Origin: Octopus vulgaris
Taxonomy: Eukaryota
DNA length: 64,000 nucleotides
Direction: 5' to 3'
NCBI GenBank assembly: GCA_951406725.2
Contig: OX597828.1
Span: 27,900,001-27,964,000, forward strand
Position numbers and translations under genes: made by a program. The notes beneath the pieces were generated by a model. That model was not told the DNA's origin, searched no databases, and worked only from the letters and a program-made list of their open reading frames with translations. Position 1 is the first letter of the stretch. The number at the start of each line of letters is the position of its first letter. Of the stretch, positions 24,385 to 37,703 are shown one piece after another.

Positions 24385-24550
24385 TACGACGGGCTTCTTT
24401 CAGTTTCCGTCTACCAAATCCACTCACAAGGCTTTGGTCGGTCCGAGGCTATAGTAGAATACACTTGCCCGAGGTGCCACGCAGTGGGACTGAACCCGGA
24501 ACCATGTGACTGGTAAGCAAGCTACTTACCACACAGCCACTCCTACGCCT
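24095..24550 (-). mobile_element. SINE family A, full length, low divergence
   Basis: Inverted relative to the 23501 copy. Confidence 0.93.
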
Positions 24551-25187
24551 GTGTGTGCAATTTTATTCTTTTTTTTTAACGTTTTTTACGTGTTTTTCTC
24601 TACGGCATGAGGGAAATACCTGAGAAAGAAATTCAGACTTCCAATGCCCTGGTATGACTATGCTCCAACTTGGTCTCAGACTAGTTTCAAGCATATTGTA
24701 ATAAAATATCATGATATAATGATTTGCAGCGTGTCATGCAGAGGCAATCAACATTATCGTATTTGTTTGTGTCTGTCAGCTGGCCTGTCAAAGTAACCGT
24801 CGAGTGACACTTAATCTGTCTGGTTTCTATAAAACTGTGATTACATGTTTTAATCCATATTAGCTTTCCTATGATGAAACTAGAGTAATATCAATTCAAT
24901 GATAGCAATGATGGTGCTGGTGGTATGTGGTTGTTGCTTTCATAGTGTTTGGTTGAATCTGTCTTTTTCCAGAAATTTATACCTCCATTTGCAAAGGAGA
25001 GTTCAAAAGAACATTTGTGGATTGGTGAATAAATTAATTCAAGCAGTGCCATAAGAGGAGTTGAAAGTATTATGATTTATACCACTCTTGTTCTTTAACG
25101 GTTTCTACAAAAACAGACAGTTGTTTACTTTGTCAATGGTAACGGTTCTGATTCTTGGCACTCTTTCTTTTGCATGTGAATCTGTTT

Positions 25188-25219
<32 letters not shown>

Positions 25220-25292
25220 AATAATTGAGATTCAGTTGAATTAGGTACTTCAGTTGAAGCACCAAAAATTAGTGTGGCATTATCCACACAAC

Positions 25293-25643
25293 TCAAAATA
25301 AGGTGCATAAAATCAAAATGAAATCATATCCAGAGATGATGCAGTACGACCGTTTCAAGCAGCTCCATTTAATTGAACAATGCAATCATTGCATCAATTT
25401 AAATGCAGGGCTATCCTCATCTGCATATAATAAATAAACAGAATTTATTAATCAGTTGACACATTAACTTCAGCTTAGAATATATTCTAAGTTGATGTGT
25501 CTGATTGATTTTAAAATTCTGTTTTATTTATGCAACTAAGGATAGCCCTGCAGTTAAACTGATGTAATTGCATTGTTCAATTAAACAAGTTGCTTCAAAC
25601 GGTCGTACTGCATCACCTCTGGTTATCCTGTTGCTTATTTTGA
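25293..25643. mobile_element. Palindromic fold-back MITE-like element
   Basis: Arms ccagagatgatgcagtacgaccgtttcaagc.. / ..gcttcaaacggtcgtactgcatcacctctgg; perfect 18-bp central palindrome cttagaatatattctaag (25474-25491). Confidence 0.85.
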
Positions 25644-25858
25644 TGTATGTAAGTATTGTATGTGATTGTTCAGTTTATTTCAAGATTTCTTGCCAATAGA
25701 GACAAAAACGGTTTCTAACCTAGATCGAAGGTTCCTTCCTTCATTGGAATTTCAACATCAACAACAGGGTATCTTTGTTTGTATGTATGTATGTATGTGT
25801 GTATGTATGTATATGTATATGTATGTATGTAGGTGTGTGTGTGTATATATATATATAT

Positions 25859-26200
25859 CTTTTACTTGTTTCAGTCATATGACTGTGGCCATGCTGTAGC
25901 ATCACCTTGAAGGTTTTAGTTTGACAAATCAACCCTAGAACTTATTTTGTTTAAGCCTAGTACTTGTTCTATTGGTCTCTTTTGTCAAACTGCTAAGTTA
26001 TGGGAAAATAAACAGACACAAAGGCACACACACACACATGATGGGCTTCTTTCAGTTTCTGCCTACCAAATCCACTCTCATGGTGTTGGTCAGACCAAGG
26101 GTATTATAGAAAAAGGCACTTGCCCAAGGTGCCACATGCAGTGGGACTGAACTCAGAACCATGCAATTGGAAAGCAAATTTCTTACCACACCAGCACTCT
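25859..26200 (-). mobile_element. SINE family A, diverged
   Basis: Tail and head motifs visible. Confidence 0.82.
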
Positions 26201-26361
26201 TATGAAATTTTCTATCTGCTTCCCATGCTTCCATGGGTTGGAATTTAAAAAGTAAATACATGCCTTTACAATAGTTTATTTCAAAAATGGGATTGTGACA
26301 GTCTCAGAACATTACTCCCAAATCAAACGTAAGAACTAAAAAGGAAATACTAAAAAAATTC

Positions 26362-26596
26362 TTGACCCTGGTTGCATTTTCGCAACGCAAAACCTGCTCC
26401 TACTTGTTTGGGCATAAACTCACTGGAAAGCATCTGACTGAGCATATGAAATGTTCAGTAGGAAGTCGACACCTGTAGCTAACAGTTGCATAATGCCCTT
26501 CTCTTCCAGATTGTGAAAGCTTGCCATAACGTTTGATCTAAAAACACTGAAATTTTTAGACATCATTTTTTTTTTTTATGGGCACCTATGGGTTAA
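26362..26596. mobile_element. Possible piggyBac-like MITE
   Basis: ttga-ccctggttgc ... gcacctatggg-ttaa imperfect termini. Confidence 0.35.
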
Positions 26597-26681
26597 TAAA
26601 TGAAGATCATACTTGAAGACTGTTGTGATTATAATATAACAGCCTTATTTCCATTACCATTATGTGTTCTTTTTCCTTCAG

Positions 26682-26772
26682 TTCAGGTAAGAGCAACCTT
26701 TTGCAAGAAGCAAGCTGGCTGCTTCAGACATGGCTCTTCATCACACAGGTCGCACTACTAAACAAATTCAAG
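26682..26772 (+). other. Candidate exon (possible RS-exon or start-codon exon)
   Basis: Pyrimidine tract ttctttttccttcag acceptor, second AG at 26685-26686 directly followed by GTAAGA, and donor aag|gtaatt at 26773. Contains gacATGG starting MALHHTGRTTKQIQ. Confidence 0.45.
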
Positions 26773-26841
26773 GTAATTTTTTGTTTAGGCATGTCATTCA
26801 AAAACTCCTGTGGGCAGCAGTTTGTCTTGTGATTACTCTAG

Positions 26842-27062
26842 ATCAATGGCTCTCATTCATTTTTTGGTTTATGGACTCCTTCGGTTTCTATTTTACTCAA
26901 CTGGACCTCTAGAGCCATTCCATGTATATATATAAAAATTCTGCTGTATTTTTTAATTAAATATTATTAGGGATCTTATTAAAAAAAAATCAAAATATTT
27001 TATGTATTGTTGAATTGTAAGTAATTTATTGCACACACATTTTAACAACAAAGCCTTATATT
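26842..27062. mobile_element. hAT-like MITE, truncated
   Basis: ctctagat-caatggctctca; body homologous to 3289-3528. Confidence 0.6.
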
Positions 27063-27756
27063 ATAATCCCAATCATCAGTCCAACTCCCCTAAGCCCTAA
27101 TCCCTAAACCCCAGCCCCTAAGTGCCTTCACTTAAAAATGTAATAATACAATGTATTTGTTTATACTTATAACACTTGTTTGTTGGTTTTACATCTGTTT
27201 TTGTATGATATCATGGGTTAGTAAGAATATACTTAATGGGGCATTCTTTTATAATGTGGTCCCTTTTATAAGGGATCCCTTATTTCATATTTCTTTGAAG
27301 TAATCAGCAGATGACTTGTTGATAAGAGTAAATAACAACAATATTGCTGCACAGAACTGAGCTATTTTTAGTTATGAGCAAATGTAAACAAACATGTAGC
27401 CACATGTTCTTGCACACATGCACGCACACACACACACACACATTTATTTATATATTCATCAAACTTTTAAAAGAATGTGGGGCAACAGCAGAGATTTTGA
27501 AGTTCAGCCTGTTAGTTTTTGTAGGACTTTGTTGCACAGTCTGACATCTGCTTTATTAAAGAGCGTTGAGTAATTCTTCAGTTTTGACAGAAAAGCAAAC
27601 GTGTGTGTGTGTATTTTTGATATCATGAGAATTTATAAACTTCAAGAGGACATGAAATAAATCTTTTTTAGTATAGTAGATCTCAAAGTAAGAAAAACTA
27701 TATATGATATCATGTAAATGTTGGTTTAAAAACTCTTTATTTTCTGAAAAAAGAAT

Positions 27757-28227
<471 letters not shown>

Positions 28228-28961
28228 GATGATGGACTCTCCTGTCGTTAGACAACATATGAGGGATTGAAAAATTCTTATTGAACAACCACACACATGA
28301 TATGATTGTAGTGATCAAATGTCTGTTTACACATAAGCTCACACCCTCCATCAAATCAACATTACCTGTACAGGTGCAACAGGTGTCACGTGTCAGATGA
28401 CAAAATGATCGCAGAGCAATCTGAAATAGATAATATACACATATATATACATGCACATATACAACAGGTTTCTTTCAGTTTATATTTACCAAATGAACTT
28501 CCATGGTTTTGGTCAGCTCAGAGAAAACACTCACCTATGATGCTGTATAATGAGATTGAACCTGAATCACACATTTGCCAAAGGACATCTTAACTACACA
28601 GCCTGCACCTGTATAGATATAAATTATTTGACCAACTGCTGCCTGTTCAAGCTTTATGTTGGCATTTCTTGACCTAGCTTTAAAATATACACAGAAATGT
28701 TTTATTACCTGTCTATATAAATATATGTGTATAGGTGCAAATATATGGCTGTGTGGTAAAAAGTTTGCTTCTCAACCGCATGGTTCCAGGTTCAATCTCA
28801 CTACATGCCACCTTGGGCTAGGGCCTTCTACTATAACCTCAGGTTGACCAAAGTGTTTGGTATACACTAGGAAGTCCGACAGGTTGTGAATCCCTTTGGT
28901 GTGTTATTAGCAAAGAAGAAATAACAGATGATAGATATATATATGTGTGTGTATATATATA

Positions 28962-29268
28962 TCATCATCATCATCATTGTTTAATGTCCATTTTCAATGC
29001 TAGCATGGGTTGGACGGTTCGACCGGGGTCTGGGAAGCCAGGGTCAGGCTCCAGTTTGATCTGGCAGTGTTTCTACAGCTAGATGCCAATCCTAACGCCA
29101 ACCATTCCATGAGTGTAGTGGGTACTTTTTATGTGCCACTGGCACAGGTGCCAGGGGAGGCTGTGAATGGCCACGATCAGTTGGTGCTTTTTACATGCCA
29201 CCGGCATGGAAACCAGTCAAAGCGGCACTGGCACCGGCCACATTAGGATGGTGCTTTTTATATGCTAC
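28962..29268 (-). mobile_element. SINE-like family C (about 3 units)
   Basis: (ATC)n tail and three ggtgctttttacgtgccac-like units. Confidence 0.85.
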
Positions 29269-29279
29269 CATATATATAT

Positions 29280-29660
29280 TAGTGGCTGTGTCGTAAGAAG
29301 CTTGCTTCCTAACCACATTGTTTCAAGTTCAGTCTTACTGCATGGCACCTTAAGCAAGTGTCTTCTACTATAGCCTCAGGCCAACCAAAGCCTTGTGAGT
29401 GGATTTGGTTGATGGAAACTGAAAGAAGCCTGTTTTATATATGTATATATATCTCTGTGTGTGCATCTTTGTGTCTGTGTTTGTCCCCCATCACTGTTTA
29501 TGTCCCTGTAACTTAGCAGTTAGGCAAAAGAGCCCAACAGAATAAGTATTAGGCTTAAGAAATAAGTCCTGGGGTTGATTTGATTGATTAAAACCCTTCA
29601 ATGTGGTGTTCCAGCATGGCCACAGTCAAATGACTGAAACAAGTAAAAGAATAAAAAGAA
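29280..29660 (+). mobile_element. SINE family A
   Basis: Head and tail motifs visible. Confidence 0.88.
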
Positions 29661-30036
29661 TATATATATATATATATATAATTAATATAGGATAAAATTT
29701 TTTTTGGGAAAAAATTTTATCAATGGCTAGCATATCAAAAAATGCCTTTAAAGGTAAAATTTATACATAATTTACAAGATATGGGCAGAAGAAAAATTCT
29801 AATGCCAGATACGCCGAAACAAAAAATTTCTTCTGCCCTTACCTTGTATATATATATATATATATATATTATTGTGTCTGGAGAGAGTCATTCTTTTTTA
29901 ATGGCGTATTAATTAACACACTCACTGGTTTCATTTCCACTCATTTACTTAGTTATTTTTTCTAAAATTTGTGGTGCTTCTTGCAGCCTCTTCAGTAGTC
30001 GTTGACTCTGTCTGTTATTGGAGCTGTGTATGTTTA

Positions 30037-30091
<55 letters not shown>

Positions 30092-30629
30092 TATGTATGT
30101 TGTGTGTGTGTGTGCGTGTCAGCTCTAATACATTTCTACTGCAGAAAGCTAACCACATCAGAGCTTCATCTCACTCTCTCCCCTGGGCTCTGATAATAGC
30201 ACAGCTTCTTTGCCAAAACTTCTCTGCTGCTAACATAATACTCTATTTTTATATTTGTAAAGTAGAATTTGATTGATTAGACTCACTATATTTGATGAAT
30301 TTCTCAGTTTTCAAAATTTTAGCCTATAATCTAACTTTTTCCAGCAGATTTTTATTCTGAAAAATAATAAAAAAAAAAAAGTTAAGATTAAAAAGAAAAG
30401 AGAAAAATTAAAAGAAGTAAAAAATGTCTTTGAAATATATCTAAGGAATGTCCCCTCTACCTCTAATTCTTCTAATCTTTATATTCCATGATTCTTGTCA
30501 AAAAAGATTGGGACAATCTCCTAGAAAAAGATTAAGTATTCTTATAGCTGAGTTCAATTTAAAGTGGGGAAAGAATATGATTCCGAATTCACTCAACTGA
30601 ATTTAAAGATGTCCCTACACACACATGTA

Positions 30630-30677
<48 letters not shown>

Positions 30678-30956
30678 TACACACAAATAATAAATAGCCA
30701 CTTCCTTTTTAATCTCTTTCACATATATATATGCATATACACACATACACATAAAGGAATGAAAATAAAAATGGTAAAATAATAAAAAATATGTTGTAAA
30801 TTGCAATTTCCCGTTATCAAATGATAATTCTTGCCCTCAGAAAAATCTACGCTTCAATCAAGTTATTTATTTCTTTGTTAAAGATCTTGGTTTCTTAAAA
30901 TTTTTCCTCACACCTTCCACCTTCTCCGACTTTTTTATTTATTTTTTTTTTGTTAC

Positions 30957-31024
30957 CAAATTGATTGTTCAATGATTGTTCCACTGGTTGGTGATCAACA
31001 CTGCTCACATCTAGAAATCTACAT
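30957..31024 (-). CDS. Candidate small internal exon (68 bp)
   Basis: Long T-rich tract ending tttttccag and tg|gtaaca donor; open frame CRFLDVSSVDHQPVEQSLNNQF. No homology recognised. Confidence 0.3.
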
Positions 31025-31299
31025 CTGGAAAAATATACAAAATAAGGGAAAAAAAAAACCACAAATAAAGAAAGAAAACTATGAAATAACAAAAGAATTT
31101 ACACCCCCCTCTTCCTAGTAAAATCTTTTCAAATTAAAAAGAGATTTTGACAGGTTTTTTTTGTTTTTTGTTTGTTTTTTATGTTCTTCTTTCGTCTGCC
31201 ATGATCTTTCAAGTTTCTCTAGCTTTGAATATTTCATGCATTTCATTAAAAACACATATAATGGCCACCAAGCATATAAATACACATATACAAGTTATA

Positions 31300-31599
31300 T
31301 CTATCTATATGTGTGTGTATGTGCACATGCATGTAAATCTCTTATGATAATATACCTATAAATGTGTGTGTATGCACACATGTATGTATCATCATCATGT
31401 CTATATATACACACACACACACATATGTAACCTATGTATATGTTCATATACACATATACATACAGATACACATATGCACTGTACATATATATATTCATAT
31501 ACACACACACATATGCACTTGCATATACTTACATACAAATATATATATATATATATATATATGTATATCTACATATTTATTTTATGTTTATATGTATTT

Positions 31600-31645
<46 letters not shown>

Positions 31646-31782
31646 CATATATATATATATATAAAATATACATTTATATTAATATATATATATAAAATAT
31701 ACATATAAAATACACACATATATATATATATATTAATATATATATATGTATTTTGCATATTTATATTTTATGATATCTATAT

Positions 31783-31825
<43 letters not shown>

Positions 31826-32601
31826 GAGAGAGAGAGAGAGAGAGAGTGAGATACACACACACACATATAATAAGCCCTTAAAGAATGCTGCTTGTATCAA
31901 GCAATACGTGAAGTAATCCAAGAGAAATAGAAATTAGAAAAATGTAGTTGTAAATATACTTACAGTGCTACAGATTTATTATTATGAAAAAAAAAAAAAG
32001 TAAATTGTTAAACACCACCTTCCACCCCTCACCCTCCTTCTAGGAAGCTGATGTTGTAGCTATCTTTATCTTTGTAAACACACATTCTGCCTGATATCAT
32101 TAGTAACTGCTGTATAGCTTCAGTTATGGAATAGGGCAAAAATAATAGAATATTCATCAAAATTTGTTGCTGTAGTTGTGGTTGTTATTGCAGTCATAAA
32201 AATATAGATGGCTGTTTTACGTTCTTATTGCATCAGAGCAATTGTCGGAGTGGATTGGCGCGATAAGATTAAAACTAACATAAACTAATAATCATATGTA
32301 TTTATCTCTCTCTCTCTTTCACCATATATATATATATACATGTGTGTGTGTGTGTGTATATATACATACATGCATATATATATATATATACATATATACA
32401 CATACATACATACATACATATATATATATATATACACACACACATACATACATAGATACATATATATATATATACACACATACATACATACATATATATA
32501 CATACATACACATATGTATAAATATGTATATACATATGTATAAATATATATATATATATATATATATACATATGTGTACATAAAAATATATATGTCTGTA
32601 C

Positions 32602-32633
<32 letters not shown>

Positions 32634-33135
32634 GTATATATATATGTACATATATATGTGAGTGTATATATGCATGTATGTATATATCTTTCTCCCAACT
32701 TGCCTATTTCCCATCTCGTAGCTGCTTCCTCGATGACTCTTCTCTCTCTCTCTTCATATCAGTATCAACGTTGATGTGTCTATACATTTCTGATCATATG
32801 AGTAGAGTAGTAAGTTGATGTTTTTAAGTTTACCAATTTGCACAGAAACCATTCGAAAGTATTGCCAATATACACACATAGAGACAGATACAAATTTCAT
32901 AAAGTCTATGTGGAGTTATGAACAGATATGTGTATGTGTGTACTTAAATGCACATACGTATATGTATAATGTAGATATGTATATATGTATGTATGTATCT
33001 ATCTATCCATCTATCTATCTATCTCTCTATATATATATGTATGTATACACACACACAAACACATGCTTATATATACACACACATACATATATATACATGT
33101 GCATGTACATTAATGCACATCTACACACACACATG
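31300..33135. repeat. Extended (TA)/(CA)/(GA) microsatellite-rich region
   Basis: Directly visible; source of many YIYI ORFs. Confidence 0.9.
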
Positions 33136-35449
33136 TGCAGATCATTTTATAGAAACATACAAGAATGTACCAAGTTCCTGGAATATAAACGCACAGAAAA
33201 GCATGGGTAATTTGCACTTAATTTAATTATTAATTATTCAAATTCACTTCCATTAGCATAAACACCCTCTTACTTTTGATAACTGTTATGATATCCCCTA
33301 AAATTCCTCTTCCACTTATATGCAAAAAGCAAATGAATAAATAAATAAAACCACTCTCAGAACACGGTCTGATTTACCATAGATGTATAACCTATTTTCA
33401 TGGCAAGTCCAGATCGCTTGCTGCAATGTCTCTCGGCAATTATTAATTCCATCACTTAATAGCATTCACAACCTCTCCCCCACACACACACACGCACGCA
33501 CATACACACACACACTCCATCTATCTATTCTAGTACTGAGTGTTTGTTAATATTATATTTATTTGTATATGGTGCAAAGGCTGAGTAGATAAGCTCTATA
33601 AGTCTTCTGGCTTATGGTTTGTGAGCCAGCATTCAGTCGCAGATAATTCATTGTCTTGTAGAAAGGAATTCAACTCTAATTGCTTTTCCAAATGTTTCAT
33701 GCCTAATTAAGAAGAAAACATATATTTATGTGTTTGGATAATATTGCTGTCATAAATTATATCTAAATGGAATCCATATTCTGGTTTTTGATTCTTAACT
33801 GATAAGAATACTTCCTTCTTAAATGGTAAGTCTTTGGACAGGCGTGAGCACCATATTTTTGCAATTTATTTTCTCAATTACATTACAATTTCCTGCTTAT
33901 ATTATATATACAAAATCAGTGTTTTATCATCAGTTCATTAATTCACTGAGGCCTTGATTCCTCAGCAGAAACGCTATGTTTTAGGTCTATAAGAGAGAAA
34001 TAAGGAATAAAGGAATAGTTTGGCATCATTTTCGTTACTGTTACGACTCAGTTTAAAACTGAGTTCCCAACAAGGGTTGCTATGTGTTTATCTTACTCAG
34101 TAGATATACATCTGATTGAAATGTGCACAGATCCTAATGACCTCCTGTCACCATCCAATTCTGTTATGAATTCTGAATTAGGAGTTTGAGTCAGAATGAA
34201 TCTTTCATTCACCAATTTCACAATCTTGGATGCTTTGCAGTTGATAGAGTTTGGGAATCCTCACCATTGATCTTCTAACATTCCTCCACTCAGTATCAAT
34301 GTAAGAAGCCCTGCTGGCTCAGTTGAACTCTTCCACTGCCTCTTCACAATCTGCCATGCTTCAGTCCCTTGACTTCACCGTATTCTTAGCAAGATGGCTG
34401 AATGGGTGCTGTGCCTTGCCAAAGGGCAGCCCATAACTTGCAGAGCATGGTCGTCATTCCATTAGGGATTTTCAAAAGACCCAAAACTCTGCTGGTCTTG
34501 ATTGATGTATTCTTTTATATATCTTTCTTTTTACCTTTTTATTTGTTTCGGTCACTGAACCTTGGCCATACTGGGGCACAACCTTGAAGGGTTTAAGTCA
34601 AACAAATCAGCCTCAGTACTTATTTTGTTAAGCCTGTTACTAATTCCATCAATTTCTTTGTCAAACCACTAAGTTACAGAGATGCAAACAAACTTTTGAA
34701 TTGCTCCTACTTATTTTCCAGTTACAAATTAAGGGAGTATATGTAAACGTTTCCTGATTTAGTTCAGTATTTTATCATTTTTCTTCTTTCTTTTTTTTTT
34801 TTTTTGTTCTTTTCGTGTGTCAGCCATTGCACTGCAGCTATTGTGGGTCACTTCCTGAAAGAGTTTGGTCAAACAAGTCAACCCCTGCATTTATTTTATC
34901 ACTCTCATTTCTGAACTCCTAAGTCACAAGGACATAAACAAAACAACATTGGTTATCAAGCAGTCTATAATAAATCAAATAAGGTTATGTTCCATAGATC
35001 TGAAATTTTCATATTGATTGATGACTTAGAAACTAGAATTAATAGAGTGATCCATATTTAATCCTCTAATCTTTGAAAGACTTCTTGTAATGAATCCCCA
35101 TTAATTTCGGCGATAGGTATTGAGTTCTTTGGATGATTGAATTACACATTCATTGAATTCATGTACAAAATGGCCACCTATTCACTGACATATCTGCTCC
35201 GAATGGAATTCCAAGAGAAAATCAATGTGATTCGTTGTGTGACAAAGGCCAAACATTTGAATTTCTGATGCAATCCAATTCAATCGTTTTCCAGATAGTT
35301 TACATCAAACCAGTTTTGTTCATAAGGCTTGGGTTGAGACAAGGATTTAGTAAAAGAAAAAAATACTTACCTCACATGCAACACACACTGGAACTAAGCA
35401 TTGTGATTGTAAAGCATACTTTTTAAGCAGACTTTCATGCTAAATACAT

Positions 35450-35607
35450 GCATCATCATCATCATCATCATCATCTATATCATCATCATCATCATCATCG
35501 TTTAACATCCGTTCTCCATGCTAGCATGGGTTGGATGGTTCGACCGGGGATCTGGGAAGCCAGAAGGCTGCACCAGGCTCCGGTCTTATCTGGCAAAGTT
35601 TCTACAG
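35450..35607 (-). mobile_element. SINE-like family C 3' part with expanded (CAT)n
   Basis: cgtttaacatccgttctccatgctagcatgggttgg..gtttctacagct. Confidence 0.85.
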
Positions 35608-35974
35608 CTATATATAAACGGCAAAATGTCTGTATGTGTGTGTGTGTATCCTTTATACAAATCCACAATTTTTCAGTTAGAGGGCTCGCACTTTCTATGG
35701 TCATTCAAAACTGTCCAAGGGTGGCCATGCACATCTTTATATTTCCCCAGTTACCCCGCAAAGCCATTAAAAAATCAATAGAAGTGACTTTTTTGTGAAT
35801 TTTCTATCCAAAACCCAACCAAAATGCCCGAAACTTGATACACCAATTGAATGCCAGCTAGCTGTATGTGATTGGTCAGAGATTTGGACAGTACTCACGT
35901 GTATGTGCGCACGCACGCAGCTGTATATGCATGCACTATCACTTTGACCCAGCAACGCCGGGTCATAGTGCTAG
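35608..35974 (+). mobile_element. Non-autonomous Helitron
   Basis: 5' ctatatataaacggcaaaatgtctgt; 3' hairpin tgacccagc-aac-gccgggtca (35945-35965) followed by CTAG|T (35971-35975). Confidence 0.8.
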
Positions 35975-36950
35975 TCATTTATATTCCATTTTCCATGCTC
36001 TCATGGGTTGAATGGCTTGACAGAAGCTTGCAAGGCAGACGACTGCACCAAACTCCTGTATCTGCTTTGGCAAGATCTTTACAGCTATTGTCGATCTTAT
36101 GTGAAGCACTTTACAGAGTGTACTGAATGCTTTTTGCACGGCATTGGTAATAGTGAGGTGACCAAGTAACCCACAAGACAAGAACCCCTCAACTGAATAG
36201 GGGTGTGGCATTGAGGAACATGGCTTTATGTCAGGTGATGAGAGGATCAAGTATGATAGTGGAACAGGAACAAGTGTCTTGTTGTAGGTGAAGTACATAC
36301 TCTCTCTTTTACTTGTTTTAGTCATTTGACTGTGGCCATGCTGGAGCACTGCCTTTAGTCGAGCAAATCGACCCCAGGACTTATTCTTTGTAAGCCTAGT
36401 ACTTATTCTATCAGTCTCTTTTGCTGAACCGCTAAGTGATGGGGATGTAAACACACCAGCATCGGTTGTCAAGCAATGCTAGGGGGACAAACACAGACAC
36501 ACAAACATACACACACACACATATATATATACATACATATATACGATGGGCTTCTTTCAGTTTCCGTCTACCAAATCCACTCACAAGGCTTTGGTTGACC
36601 CGAGGCTATAGTAGAAGACACTTGCCCAAGGTGCCACACAGTGGGACTGAACCCGGAACCATGTGGTTGGTAAGCAAGCTACTTACCACACAGCCACTCC
36701 TACACCCTCACAGCCACTCCTGCGCCCTATATCTTAACGTCACCTTTGATTGGTCATGTGGTTGATAACATAGTTACTTCTGTTGGAAAAGAGAAAAGAC
36801 AGAGGCCAGGCAGTGTCACAGCATCCCTCAGGTGGATAAGTAAGTTGACGGAAGTGTTAGAGGAGAGTTGCTAATGGATTAAGATAGAGACAGGAGGAAA
36901 TGCTGTGAATGGTGAACATGAGTGGAGGAATGGTCATCTTGTATAGTAAC
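35975..36950 (-). mobile_element. Long-bodied family E element, interrupted by SINE A
   Basis: C-type tail at 35975-36140; the body appears to continue across the SINE insertion (gaagtacata / acatagttac). The 5' boundary is uncertain. Confidence 0.55.
36300..36727 (-). mobile_element. SINE family A, full length, duplicated 5' tip
   Basis: Ends cacagccactcctacaccct-cacagccactcctgcgccct. Confidence 0.92.
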
Positions 36951-37533
36951 ACACACACACTCGCACCCACACACACATTCATAGTGACTTTGGTTGTGGT
37001 ACTCAACTATCTACCATTAAACAGAGCTACTAACATTGGAAGAACCCAGATGATTCTATGTAGGTGAATTCACATATATATGTGTGTGTGTGGTGGGGAG
37101 GGAGAGGTACTCACTATCAGGTCTAATCATTACTGGTTTTTAACATTTATTTTTATTTAATTTTTTTTTTGCTTTTTTTAAAAAATATTTTTTTGATTTT
37201 TTTCCTGTGCTAGTTTCAGTTCAGTTGTTTTGCACTACAGCAACTCTCCAAACATAGGTTCAGTTCTAAGAATCTAATAGTCACTGGCACTTATCAGTGA
37301 TTTCAATATAATATAATGGTAGTTAGCATATTTAAAATTCTTGGACGTCACCTTTGATTGGTCATGTGGTTGATAACTTTGATTCCATTTTTCATCACTC
37401 ATCAGGTACTTGGTGCTTTCAACTTAATCTGTTGCAGCTTTGATATATGCTATCAGTGGAAATGACAGCTCTGTATGTACATAAGTGTATGTGTGTGCAT
37501 GCATATATGTGTATATGTGTGTGAGTCTGTGTG

Positions 37534-37583
<50 letters not shown>

Positions 37584-37641
37584 CATACATAATATATATA
37601 TATATATATACACATACATACATACATATACACATACATAC

Positions 37642-37703
<62 letters not shown>

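Noticed and set aside
35975-36765. Recurrent peptides MTTDAGVF..KETDRIST.. and [21 protein letters not shown]
   Set aside because: These are translations of SINE A copies, not a gene family.
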